A DNA stretch of 64,000 nucleotides from a virus. Positions within the stretch are counted from its first letter, which is position 1; each line of letters starts with the position of its first letter. A program made the position numbers and the translations under genes. Location: IMG/VR virus record IMGVR_UViG_3300038312_000193. One strand, given 5' to 3'. Under the pieces are notes generated by a model. The model saw nothing but the letters and a program-made list of their open reading frames with translations. It was not told the origin of the DNA and made no database searches. Shown here piece by piece: positions 32,829-44,008 of the stretch.

Positions 32829-34148
32829 TTACACCTCCTTAAAGAGTTTGTAGATTTTGTTTTTAGTGGATTTACCAATCTTATTGTCTTTGATTATCCC
32901 TATTTCACGCCACATAGGATTGTCTGTACTAAAATTGATAAGCTTAATTTTTTCTTTAAGAATTTCTTTCCAATCCTTATTATCCTTTAGTATCGCTGAC
33001 AATGCAATATATCCATAGAACATATTCATGTTATTGATATAAGAAATTTTCTTTATCTCATAAGGGTTAGAAATAAACTCTTCTTGATAATAACCCATAA
33101 GATAGTTTGTGAATTCAGTTATCCATTTTGCTATATCATCACGATTCATTGCTGAGTCTAGGTCTGTATAGTTGTCTTTGATTGCTTCAGCAAGGATTGG
33201 TTTAGTTGTTAAGGCACGATCTGATTTTACGAATGCATCAGTATCTTTAGCAACATTGGATAAGTCTCCACGACTATCCATTATTTTATCTAATACAAGA
33301 TTTTCAGGTTTAGAATAGTCTTTAGTAGTTATTACTTCAGTTTTAATTTTTGTCTGCTTGTTGATCTGCACCATTGCAGAATGACTTTCAATTTCTGATA
33401 GATTAGTAATATCAATAGGCCAAGTAAAATCTATATCAGGATTTTTTGACATTACTAAGGCTGAAGCAGACTTGCGATGCTGACCGTCAAAAAGATTCAA
33501 CACCGTTCCTTCTCTCAGAGTTAACATTCTAGTCTTAGGATTATAGATAGGTTTATTTTCATCTTTTACAATGTTAATTTTAATATGATCTGGATAATAT
33601 GTTCCAGCAAGCATATTTTCCGCAATCTCTTCAACCTTTTTAGGGTCTTCATTTATCCTAGTTGATTTCTTTGTTACTTTCAGCCCACGCTGTGCGTTAG
33701 GGTTCCAAAGTAATACATTATATAATTCATTAAATTGCTGTATAGTAAGTTTAGTCTGCCACTGTTTACCAGGAATAATCTCTTGTACATCTTTTAAATT
33801 ATATGGGAAAATTTCATCTGATTCTTTTTCTTCAGAATAATTTTCCCACTGGCTGATTTCAACTGGAGTAAAGTAATTTTGATAATCATTTAATACATTC
33901 ATATTTTTTTCTTTTAATGCTTTGTTAAGAGCAAGGGTAAAGATAAAGAGTAATTGAATATCCTCTTCTGAATCTGTTAAGACATCTAAATCAAGGTTCT
34001 CAGAAAAAAGCCAAGCAGCTCTTAACGATGATAAGTTGCGATTTTTAAACTCATCCATCACGAACTGTTTGACATCATTCATATACCCTACTTCACGCAG
34101 GATGCCCCTAAGTTTATTTTTTAATTGCTGTTCTTTATCTTTTAACAT
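32829..34148 (-). CDS. DGQHR/DndB-like ParB-fold protein (SPbeta YopQ-like)
   Basis: WNPNAQRG and LFDGQHRK motifs. Confidence 0.75.
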   Translation of the reverse strand: MLKDKEQQLKNKLRGILREVGYMNDVKQFVMDEFKNRNLSSLRAAWLFSENLDLDVLTDSEEDIQLLFIFTLALNKALKEKNMNVLNDYQNYFTPVEISQWENYSEEKESDEIFPYNLKDVQEIIPGKQWQTKLTIQQFNELYNVLLWNPNAQRGLKVTKKSTRINEDPKKVEEIAENMLAGTYYPDHIKINIVKDENKPIYNPKTRMLTLREGTVLNLFDGQHRKSASALVMSKNPDIDFTWPIDITNLSEIESHSAMVQINKQTKIKTEVITTKDYSKPENLVLDKIMDSRGDLSNVAKDTDAFVKSDRALTTKPILAEAIKDNYTDLDSAMNRDDIAKWITEFTNYLMGYYQEEFISNPYEIKKISYINNMNMFYGYIALSAILKDNKDWKEILKEKIKLINFSTDNPMWREIGIIKDNKIGKSTKNKIYKLFKEV

Positions 34149-34716
34149 ATCGACACCTCCTATATACTCATATGTAATATATTATATTAAGAGTATATAC
34201 GAAAGTCAATAATTTTATACATGTTTATATTTATTTTTTTTATTAATCATAATAAATTCGTTTTCCTCTTGGTATGTCTTTTAAATTTATGTATTCTGAA
34301 TAGTGTTTATCATTTAATTTTTTTAAATCTTGCTTGATTATATCTTTATTATTATAAAAGATAAATCCACTCGTAATTCCGCTAAACAATGCTCCGAATT
34401 TTGGATTAACATAATACCCATTTTCATTCTTAATCACATACACCATTTTATCCTGCATTGACATAAACATAAACCCTCCTTTATGTAAATTAATTTTATA
34501 TCTTATTAATAAAATATACAAACACTAGTTCTTTTATTATAATAGCTAAATTAATACAATAAAATTTAAGAAATAATTAAAAATAAACTCTTAATTATAT
34601 ATTCTATTTTAAAACTCTTTATTTGATAAAACAATTTAAACTTATCCTCTTTATCTTCTTTTATTTTTTATTATTCGACAAAGTTTTTAAAATAATATTT
34701 TTATTTATTATTTTTT

Positions 34717-35001
34717 TCATTGCATATTGGATTTATTAAGTATAGACATTAATCCTTTGTGAGTATAAATAGCATTATATGCATGATATAAACATGTCTT
34801 CCAAGATTGTATGTGATATTTATTTATTTTTCCAAATTTATTTTTATGTAAAAGGCAATAAGGTTTAATTTGTCTATTTATAACCTTTATCTGCCAAGAA
34901 TCAAGCGGAGATTCTATAATAATTGTATTTGTACATTTAAAAACTTTTGATCTTGTACCAAACATTTTGTCATATTTTTTTATTTCTAATTCATTAATCA
35001 T
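34717..35001 (-). CDS. Hypothetical protein separated from its RBS by the IS insertion
   Basis: ATG at 35001 lies 8 nt from the IS right end. Confidence 0.55.
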   Translation of the reverse strand: MINELEIKKYDKMFGTRSKVFKCTNTIIIESPLDSWQIKVINRQIKPYCLLHKNKFGKINKYHIQSWKTCLYHAYNAIYTHKGLMSILNKSNMQ

Positions 35002-35009
35002 TTAAAACA

Positions 35010-35175
35010 CTGCTACTCAAAATATAGACAAATATACTCATTATCCATATCGAGATTTTTACTGCTTCTTCCTGTATGCTTTCATACTGATAAATCAGAT
35101 ACTACTCACAAGTTCTTGTACAGTCCACAGTCGTAAATTCCCGACTAGCCATCGGTACACACTTATGATAGCTTT
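35010..35175 (-). ncRNA. omegaRNA (TnpB guide scaffold) region
   Basis: GTACCGATGGCTAGTCGGGAATTTACGACTGTGGA...GAAGCAGTAA downstream of tnpB, typical of tnpB 3' ends. Confidence 0.65.
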
Positions 35176-35176
35176 A

Positions 35177-36338
35177 TTATGCTATTTTATAAGTTTTAAC
35201 ATCTCTCAAATTAAGACTTGCATTATAATCTCTATCTGCATGATATCCACAATCACAAATATATTCTCTATCAGATAATTTTAAATCTGATTTAATTTGA
35301 CCACATTCATGACATAATTTACTTGATGGATACCATCTATCTACAATTCTTAATTCAATACCATTCTGGTTACATTTGTTTTTTAGTTTAACTCTAAATA
35401 TATTAAACCCTTGCTTAGATATTGCTTTTGAAAGATGTCTATTCTTCATCATTCCTTTAACATTTAAATCTTCAATTGTAATATAAGAAGGTTTGGTTTT
35501 TACCAACTCACTTACAGTTTTATTTAAATAATTTTCTCTGATATTAGATAGAGTTTGATGAATTTTTTGTACTTTGACTATTTGTTTTTGAATATTTTGC
35601 CTAGTAGCAGTACCTCCTTCCTTTTTATTTCTTAATTTTAAACTCTCATATTTCCTTGAAAGTTTTGTTTGTTCTCTTTTTAATTTCTTTTCTAATCGTT
35701 TTACTCTTTTAGTTTTATTAATGTTGGGTTTGATAATACTATTAGATATCACCGCAAATTCTTTTAATCCAAGATCAATTCCTAACCCAAAATTATTAAG
35801 TTGTGGTTTGATAATTTCTTCTACTTCAATTAAAACTGACACATAATACCTATCTACTTTCATTGATACAGTGCCACTAATAACTTTTGCATTTGTAGGT
35901 ATATACGCAAATTCCTTAACTCTTACCCATTTTAAAGTAGGTATTTTTATTCTATGCCTTTCAATAGTCCAATCAGTTATATTATTTTTAGGGAAATAAG
36001 CTTTTATATTTTGATCTTTTTTCTTTTTAAATCTAGGAAATCCAGATTGTTTCTTAAAAAATCTCTTAAAAGCCTTTTCTCCGTTCATAATTGATTGTTT
36101 TACTGCCTTACTACCAACATTTTTAATCCATTTATATTCTGGATTATTAGGTATATATTCATTATTTAACCACTTAGAAAACTCTATTCCTGAAACAAAA
36201 CGTTTTTTCTTTTTCATAAACCTCTTTATTATATGCTAAGTAGAAATTATAAACAAATCTACATACTCCAAGAGTGTGATGAATTAATTGCTTTTGCTCA
36301 TGAGAAGGGTTAATTTCTACTTTATAGGTTTTGAGCAT
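35177..36338 (-). pseudogene. tnpB: TnpB RNA-guided nuclease with a frameshift near codon 44
   Basis: GIDLG, IEDLNVKGM, YPSSKLCHECG, DRDYNAS. The N-terminus MLKTYKVEINPS... (ATG 36338) is in another frame because of one extra A in GAAAAAGAAAAAACG. Confidence 0.85.
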
Positions 36339-36443
36339 ATTTCATCTCCACATTCATGAATAAAAAGTTTAGACATTTTAATTCCTCCTTAATATTTTAT
36401 ATTATAGTAAACCATTATTATATATTTGTCAACATTTATTTTA

Positions 36444-37067
36444 TTATTTTAATAATTCATTTTTAATTTTGTTTACTTTTCTGGAATATTTACTTTCATA
36501 TGTTCCACTTCTACTAGCATACTGTTTCGCACCGTAGACACCCCTGTTGTAGCTGGTAAATAAACTATGCTCTTCTAAATTATGATTGTTCTTTAAGTAA
36601 GCAATCCAATATATTCCTCCGGCAATATTAAATTCTGGATTATTTCTATCCCAAGAATTAAAATTTCTATCTTCTGCCTTTAATTGTTTTACTATTTCTT
36701 TATAAGTAATATCGTTGAGTTGAAATAAACCACCATCTGTTGATCCATCTTTATTAGTATGTATTGCATCAAATCTATATGTACCTCCGCTCTCTATACA
36801 AGCAATTGGTAATGCTTCATCGAATACTTTAACTCCTCTGCCCTTTGCTTGTTCTACAAAGTATGTTGATGTTTCTAAATCCCAATTAGTGATTTGTTGT
36901 ACTTTGAGAATGTCTGGGTCAATAGGTTGTGGTTTAACTTGTAATTCTGATTCTGGTTTATGTTTTACTGTATTTATATTTTGCGTTTGTATTTGTGATT
37001 GAACTCGACATGATCCTATTGTCACCATTAATGCTACTAATAATAATGTTATAATATACTTTTTCAT
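36444..37067 (-). CDS. Lytic transglycosylase (SLT) with signal or lipoprotein peptide
   Basis: IACIESG, DGGLFQLN, SYNRG. Hydrophobic N-terminus with IGSC. Confidence 0.85.
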   Translation of the reverse strand: MKKYIITLLLVALMVTIGSCRVQSQIQTQNINTVKHKPESELQVKPQPIDPDILKVQQITNWDLETSTYFVEQAKGRGVKVFDEALPIACIESGGTYRFDAIHTNKDGSTDGGLFQLNDITYKEIVKQLKAEDRNFNSWDRNNPEFNIAGGIYWIAYLKNNHNLEEHSLFTSYNRGVYGAKQYASRSGTYESKYSRKVNKIKNELLK

Positions 37068-37453
37068 TGTATTGTGCTACCTCCATTTATCTAATATTTG
37101 TTAAATCAAGAGATATTATTTCTCCTGTATTCTTATCAACAAATATTATTGTATTTGTTCTTACCTCCATATGTATATTATTATTTTTTGCATCTCTGAT
37201 TAACTTCTGTAATTTGTCACTATAGTAAGATACATTTTGTTGTTTCATTATGATTTCACCTCTTACATAAAAGTGTTCAAAAAGATTATTTGGTTATTAT
37301 TTAATCCACAACCATTCTTTATTTTATAACTTCCATGCACAAAGAATATTTAATTCTTTACTTAGAAATTCATTAATTTCTTTTTCTGTGTAAAAATTTT
37401 TATAATAAAGTTCTTTATTTTTAGAAAACCTAACCGTAATCATTTATAACCTC

Positions 37454-38044
37454 CTAATTTAATTTTATTTCCTCCAATATTTCTATCTGATTATTACTAA
37501 ACACCACAATAGTCTGTTCTTGCAAATTTAAAAAATCTTCTAAATCACAATATCCAGTTATGTAATTTTCATAACCATAATAAGAAATACTATATAAATC
37601 AATTCCATCTTCTTCTAATTTTAATTTATATTTGTGACCTCTAGGGGTAACATAGGTAGTCTCACCAGTAGAATATAATTCTTGCTCATTTATTTGTGGA
37701 ATATCATTAAATATAATGCCATCATAACCCATAGATTGAAGGCGTAATCTTGTAGCATCAGCTACACTTCTATAACCTTCTAAATTAGATTTCCATAATT
37801 GTTTTACTAACTTATTAATAACTTCATGTGGTGCAGGGTTATTTAGTGTTACTATACACTTCTTTAAATAATTAGGATTTCTAAATGAAGGAGATGTATA
37901 TTTATCGCTGCTAAACCAGAACCCATTATAGTAAGCATCTGTTTCTTCAGCTTTGATTTTATTTACGTCAAAATATGTAAATGATTCTACAGAAGCATGG
38001 TATAAGGTATATTGCATTTCCTCACTCCTTTTTATTTTTGACAT
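37454..38044 (-). CDS. ART-PolyVal-like ADP-ribosyltransferase-fold protein
   Basis: LYHAS...FD...GFWFSSD...GYDGIIF...EQTIVVFSNNQI. Confidence 0.55.
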   Translation of the reverse strand: MSKIKRSEEMQYTLYHASVESFTYFDVNKIKAEETDAYYNGFWFSSDKYTSPSFRNPNYLKKCIVTLNNPAPHEVINKLVKQLWKSNLEGYRSVADATRLRLQSMGYDGIIFNDIPQINEQELYSTGETTYVTPRGHKYKLKLEEDGIDLYSISYYGYENYITGYCDLEDFLNLQEQTIVVFSNNQIEILEEIKLN

Positions 38045-38185
38045 TCACATATTTGGAAAGTCTCATGTAATCTTTCATCTTCTTCTACAATAATCGTTAT
38101 AACTCCTTCTCCATTGCAAACTGGACAAGTTTTCATTTAAATATCACTCCTTTCTTTATATTATATTATACTTTTAATAGTTTAA

Positions 38186-39160
38186 TTAATCAAGTTGTTT
38201 CAAATAATTATCAATCTCTTTTTTAATTTGTGTTGCAATTGCTTTGGATAATGGAACTGGTACTGCATTAGCAACCATTTGTATTTTTTCATTTAAAGTA
38301 CCAACAAAAACATGATCATCGGGGAAACCTTGAATCCTAGCCCCTTCTCGGACTGATATAATCCTATTTTCTTCTGGATGAATTATTACTGACTTACCAA
38401 AATGCACTAAAGTATTTGACGGTTTATCATTATGTAGTCTACTATATAAAGTAGATTGAGTCTTTGATTTATGCAAATTTATTTTATATTTTTCAGGTAA
38501 GCATTCCCAATTACCACCAGGAGGAATATAAGAAATTTTATGTATAGTCTCTTCTTTACTGTTTCTTCTATCTAGTTGATTAGAAACATTATCATTTAAT
38601 CCTTTGAACGCATCTCTTATAGTCAAATATTTAATTAATGGCTCTGGATGTTTTATAATTCCTATCCTGCTGCCAATAAATATAGCTCTCTTTCGTATCT
38701 GTGCTACTCCATAATCATAAGCATTTAAAACTTTAACTTCAATATGATAATCTGGCAATCGTTCTTTAAACTCTTTAATAAATAGACCATCTAAAGCAGT
38801 TATTACTTGGGGAACATTTTCATAAACAAACACCAAAGGATTAACTTCTTGAACCTTATGTATATAACTTAAAACTAAACTATTTTTAGGATTATCTAAT
38901 AATTTTGAACCATTCTTTCTATTGGTATTAGATAAACTCTGACATGGTGAACCTCCTATGACAACATCAGCGAATCCTTTATTAAATTTTAAATTATTAA
39001 CATCATCACAAATAACTTTATGATTAAAATTATGTTCTAATGTCTTGCAGCAATCTTTATTAAAATCTGTACTTAGTATCAAGTTAAATCCTGCCTGTTT
39101 AAAACCTAGATCAAGGCCACCACCTCCTGAAAATAGTCCTAATACTGTATATTTTTTTAT
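38186..39160 (-). CDS. C5-cytosine DNA methyltransferase, probable ATA start
   Basis: Motif I LFSGGGG lies upstream of the track start, in frame from ATA at 39160. GSPCQ, YENV, QIRKRAI, ANAVPV. Confidence 0.9.
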   Translation of the reverse strand: MKKYTVLGLFSGGGGLDLGFKQAGFNLILSTDFNKDCCKTLEHNFNHKVICDDVNNLKFNKGFADVVIGGSPCQSLSNTNRKNGSKLLDNPKNSLVLSYIHKVQEVNPLVFVYENVPQVITALDGLFIKEFKERLPDYHIEVKVLNAYDYGVAQIRKRAIFIGSRIGIIKHPEPLIKYLTIRDAFKGLNDNVSNQLDRRNSKEETIHKISYIPPGGNWECLPEKYKINLHKSKTQSTLYSRLHNDKPSNTLVHFGKSVIIHPEENRIISVREGARIQGFPDDHVFVGTLNEKIQMVANAVPVPLSKAIATQIKKEIDNYLKQLD

Positions 39161-41336
39161 AAATAATCACTCCATTTTAATTATTTTATTCTTTTTATCG
39201 ACTATTTATCTCACCTCCTTGTTTGAAATATTTGAATGAATCCTCCATTTGGATTTAAATTGTATAAAAATTTCCATATCCATGTTCTTCCCTAACTCTA
39301 TTACCATTTTCATCTAGTCTATACCAATACCAAAAATTACTTAAACCATGATTCCCCCAAAATTGACCATTAATTATTTCTATCTTATATATTTCTCCAA
39401 TTTTATAATGTTCACTATTATGAAAAGGTATAAATAATACTATTTGACCATTATTAGGTTTATTTATTTTATTTGGTTCAGTATTAAATTCTTCCATAAA
39501 ATCTTTTGCCCATTGTTGAACCGCCATAATCTATAACCTCCTGTTAAAACAAAATCAAAGTTTTGTGTTATATTCTTTTAATTGATATAGAAATTCCTCA
39601 TCATTACCACTAACAGATAGCATTTTCTTTAATTCTTGAATTGTTCCTCCATTGTTAATAAAGTATTCTAATTGTCGCACTATCACATCATTAAACAACT
39701 TAATATTCCCCCTTTCATTATAAACTCTTCGTTTTATTCCATTATATGTTTTCTAATTCCATTTCAATATCTTTCATTAAACAATAACCATCACAATCTG
39801 CTTCATCGTAATATACTGTTTCAGATAATAAGTTAAGTACATAATGAGAATCTTCTTGTTTTTGTAATAATTCCAAGCAAGCCTTTAATAATGTAATTTT
39901 TCTATCTTCCATAACTATTTACCCCTTCCTATTATATTGATTTAAATCTACAGTTTTATGCAGACTTCTCTTTCAATTGTTCTAACAGCTCTATTGTACT
40001 ATCAATTTCTTCTTTCTTAATCACATTCCCTGCTGCAAACTTATGTAATTTACTTGTTATTATTTTAATTTGATGCCAATAATCTTTGGTTTTTTAGGTA
40101 GAACTTCGCCATATTTAATGCTTCTTCAGGTGTATTTCCTTGACTACTACAAATTATTCCATCATTAACCTATACATCACAAATCCAACCTACTTCATTA
40201 TTAAAATAAATTTTATAAGTTTTATGTTTCATGCTCTTACCCCTCTCTGTTATTATATTTTTATTTTAATGCAATATGTGTTAATTTGTCAATGCTTAAC
40301 TTAATCTAACTTACTATCTTTATTGCCGGATTTCTACCTGTTATAGCAATTACTCCTTTTTCTGTAATAATGGTTATAATATGTATTTTGTTATTCTGAA
40401 TGTCTGCTACTATCGTGTATGACAAGGTTCGGTCTGTTATGTAAACTTTTCTGTTTTTAATGCTGTTTAGATTATTTAATTTGTTAATAGTTTGCCTTAT
40501 CATCTGTTCTGTTATTTGACGTTGTTTTGTTCTCTCCTTCCAAATAAAACTCGCATTTTATAGATATTTTTTATCGGTTTTCTTATACCAGCCCAATACC
40601 GAATCAGGTTTGATAACATAGCATTTCTCTTTATCACCATCATCCTGAATCCATATAATCATATTTTCAGAAGCTCTTTTTAATGTTTCAAATGCCTTTT
40701 CTATTGCCATATCCATGTTAACCTCTCCTTTTTTTAGATAAATCTCTTATTTGGTTTTATTTCTTCAGTATAGCCATTATTTTCTTTTGTGCCATACCTT
40801 TGAATTCTGCCTTAACTTCATCTATTACCTCTTCAAATGCTTCGTTTACCATATTTTCAATCACGTTTGGATCAAACATGTAAAAATCATACTGCTCCAA
40901 GTCGGTTTGAAATTGTTCTTTAATAATTTCTTTGAATGCTTGCCTTAACTCGTCCTTATCTTCCGATGTGAATAAGATACCTATATTATCCATATATAAC
41001 TTCCTTTCTGTTGTGCTAAAATAACCATTTCATGTTGATTTTGAATTTTAACAATGCCTGTATATCGGCATTCATTTTTATAAAAAACATTTATTTGATA
41101 ACAATATCTCTTGCTTGAAATATTTCTATTGCATCATTAACCGTAAAGTCCTTTATATATTCTTTCATATCTTCTATATCTTCAACTAATTCTTCTTCGG
41201 TTTGATACCATTTGTAACCTCTTTCCATCATCCCTTCCATGTTTTCAAATGAATAAAGTAATAGAAATTTATTATCCATTATATCCCTCCTTAATTTAAC
41301 AAAACCCCACATTTATCATATTATTATGTTAATTAT

Positions 41337-41440
41337 TTGAACCTCTCATCACTAAAGTGACGAGATTCCTGTTTCATAGACTTCGTAACCTCCATCTCCA
41401 CAGGCTTAAAATCCGATAGTCCCTACCGTACTAGTATTTA
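41337..41440 (-). mobile_element. Orphan IS200/IS605 right end / omegaRNA without tnpB
   Basis: GTACGGTAGGGACTATCGGATTTTAAGCCTGTGGAG...GAAACAGGAATCTCGTCACTTTAGTGATGAGAGGTTCAA, with terminal hairpin and TCAA end. Confidence 0.7.
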
Positions 41441-41714
41441 GATCAAACGCAAACTGTTATATGTCTATACTAATCCTAATTCCTTTATTTTATTTATACT
41501 ACATATCACCTCTTTATTTTTTGTATTTAAAGGTATTAATTTTGCTTTATTTGATACTATTATTGGTATTTCATATATCGTTTTTATAATATAATCTTCA
41601 ATAAAAAATCTTAAATTATTTAAAGGGAAAGTGACCACAATATTTTCTTTTTCTTCTATTGTTGTTTTTGATATATTGTAATAATATTCAAATATTTTTA
41701 TCATCTCCTTACTA

Positions 41715-42803
41715 TTATACCATTACTTCCTGTTTATACTTCGGACTTTCACCATACATTTCTATTGCTTTATTTATCTGCTCCTGGAATTTTTCTGCCC
41801 CATGTTTATCTATCATTTTCTTTAGCTCTTCAAACACTTGTTTCTTAGTAATTCCATTTACAATTCTCAAACCACTTCTTGCTTCAGATATTTGCCAACA
41901 ATCTTCAAAGTTAGTAATAAACATGTTAAGACCGAATTTGTTATATGCTTCTGCCTGGATTTCTTCAAAGTGAGGAACTGGCACTCTAATATTGCGGTAA
42001 AAAGTTTGGATGTCCTTTTCATGCTTTTGTCTTTTTTTATAAGGTACTATACCTTTATATTGTGATTTTGTTATATTATTTAATATTTCATATGTGCCTT
42101 TATTGGTGGATGGTAGTTTAATCCCTGTTATATGATAAAACACTTTCTTACTGGTTTTATTCCCCAAATGTAACCAATCAATTAAACATTCTTTACACCA
42201 ATGACCATATTTAGAATCGTCAATGTTATCAATATAAACAAGCAACTTAATCATATCACCTTTAAAACTACCTATTTCATCTATCCATATATTTTGCATC
42301 AAAATCATTTTATTATTATCATTATAATTCTTTAATTGTTCATTTGTCCAAGATTGAAATCCAAATACTTTTTCTTCATGTTCTTTCTTCGTTTGCTCCT
42401 GTGCGAGTTTCTCACTTATTTGCTTTTCAATTTCTTTCTGGTTTCTTTCTTGTTCGTCCTTAATGAATGATTCAATTGTTACTTCATTAGTTAACTCCTT
42501 TAATATAAGATACACAGCAAAGTTATATAAAGTCTTTTCAATTGTCCAATATGAATTATCTTTTGTTTTTAAATGGTATTCGTCTTTAGGTTTTGTATTC
42601 CCTCCTATTTTCTTACTATAGTGTGATACATTTTCTTCAAATTTTGGTATATCACCTTCTATAACTTGATTAACTACAAATTGTTTATTGGTTAATACTG
42701 TGCCGTTATAGCGTTTTTTACTATCAAGCAATTTCTCTGCTCTGGCCTTTTCCATTGGTTTCATATTATCAGTAAATCCTAAATATGTATTATCCAAATT
42801 CAT
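41715..42803 (-). CDS. Hypothetical protein (362 aa)
   Basis: Long ORF with RBS. Confidence 0.7.
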   Translation of the reverse strand: MNLDNTYLGFTDNMKPMEKARAEKLLDSKKRYNGTVLTNKQFVVNQVIEGDIPKFEENVSHYSKKIGGNTKPKDEYHLKTKDNSYWTIEKTLYNFAVYLILKELTNEVTIESFIKDEQERNQKEIEKQISEKLAQEQTKKEHEEKVFGFQSWTNEQLKNYNDNNKMILMQNIWIDEIGSFKGDMIKLLVYIDNIDDSKYGHWCKECLIDWLHLGNKTSKKVFYHITGIKLPSTNKGTYEILNNITKSQYKGIVPYKKRQKHEKDIQTFYRNIRVPVPHFEEIQAEAYNKFGLNMFITNFEDCWQISEARSGLRIVNGITKKQVFEELKKMIDKHGAEKFQEQINKAIEMYGESPKYKQEVMV

Positions 42804-44008
42804 TTATCCCACTCCTTTACTGCTCATACGCACAAATAACTTTATCACCTAAATCAATTCCATATCCTTTCCCACTTGCCAGCGGTTTAATCATATCAAT
42901 AAACTTTGATTTAGTCTTATGTTCATTCCCTGCTATATCAATAAAATCTTGCCAGTAATTCCATGTGTCATATCTATTATTTATTGTTTGTTCTAAATAA
43001 CATACTAATGCTCTGTCGGCTGGTAACGAATATGAAGCATGGTTTGTTATATTCCCCTGTTCATCAATAGATTTAATAATTGAATTTTGATTATTCATTA
43101 TATACACTCCTTTTATATTTTAGTTTTAAAGGGAAGGATATTACACCTTCCCTTATGTAGTTTACTCAAACATTCCTTCTGCATCTTCTAATGCTACTAT
43201 TAAACCATCAAATTCCTCTCCTGGCATTATATCAGCTAACTCTGTAACAATATTCAGAGATATTGAATAATCATCTGCCATATATTTAAGATAATCTTCC
43301 CGGTTCTTATAACCATTTGCCTGAAAATCTTTCTCTGTTAGTTCGCTCATTTAATACACTTCCTTTATGTAATATTTGTTTTTATCCTACATTTATTTTA
43401 TACTTATATTGTAATGTTGTCAACAGGAAAATGAGATAAATCATGATACAATGTCCACCATCAACCGTATAATAATTATAGGGTTTTAATTCTTCTGGAA
43501 TATCATCAAAATATTTAATTGGTTTTATCATATGTTTTATATCTTCTAAACTTTTTCTCATATCAAACTCTTCTCCTTTCTTTTCTATTGTTAAAAACTG
43601 TTACGCTTTAAAAATCGTTCTTCCTATTTTATGATTAATAACCTCTTGAATTTCATCATTTGTAAATACTGCTTCTGTTCCATTTTCTTCAGCCAACGCT
43701 TCAAATAATTCCTCTGATCTTTCTTGTAGTACAATATGCCATTTTTTTAAGGATTCAGGTGTAAATTCATGTAAAAATGTATTTTGTGTAAATATCGTTC
43801 CACTATTCAAAATACCAGAAAATTCATTAATATCATTATAAATATCAACATCAATTTTTTGTTTTCCTTCATGATCTAATCTATATTTTACAATCATAAT
43901 ATTTTTCATTTTCCCAAGCTTACCCGTGTTTTTAATAATTGCACGAGTGTAATTTAAAAATTTATTAGAATTCCCTGTTATTTTCATATTAACCTCCAAC
44001 CTCCTATT

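Larger units (their letters stand above)
35010..36383 (-). mobile_element. Non-autonomous IS607-family element (tnpB only)
   Basis: Contains tnpB. Right end ...TTTGTCTATATTTTGAGTAGCAG and left end AATTAAAATGTCTAAAC share TGTCTAWA. No tnpA. Removing it restores AAGGAGGTGTTTTAAATG. Confidence 0.7.

Noticed and set aside
35010-36383. IStron (group I intron plus IS607)
   Set aside because: Only about 45 bp lie between the left end and tnpB, leaving no room for a ribozyme core.
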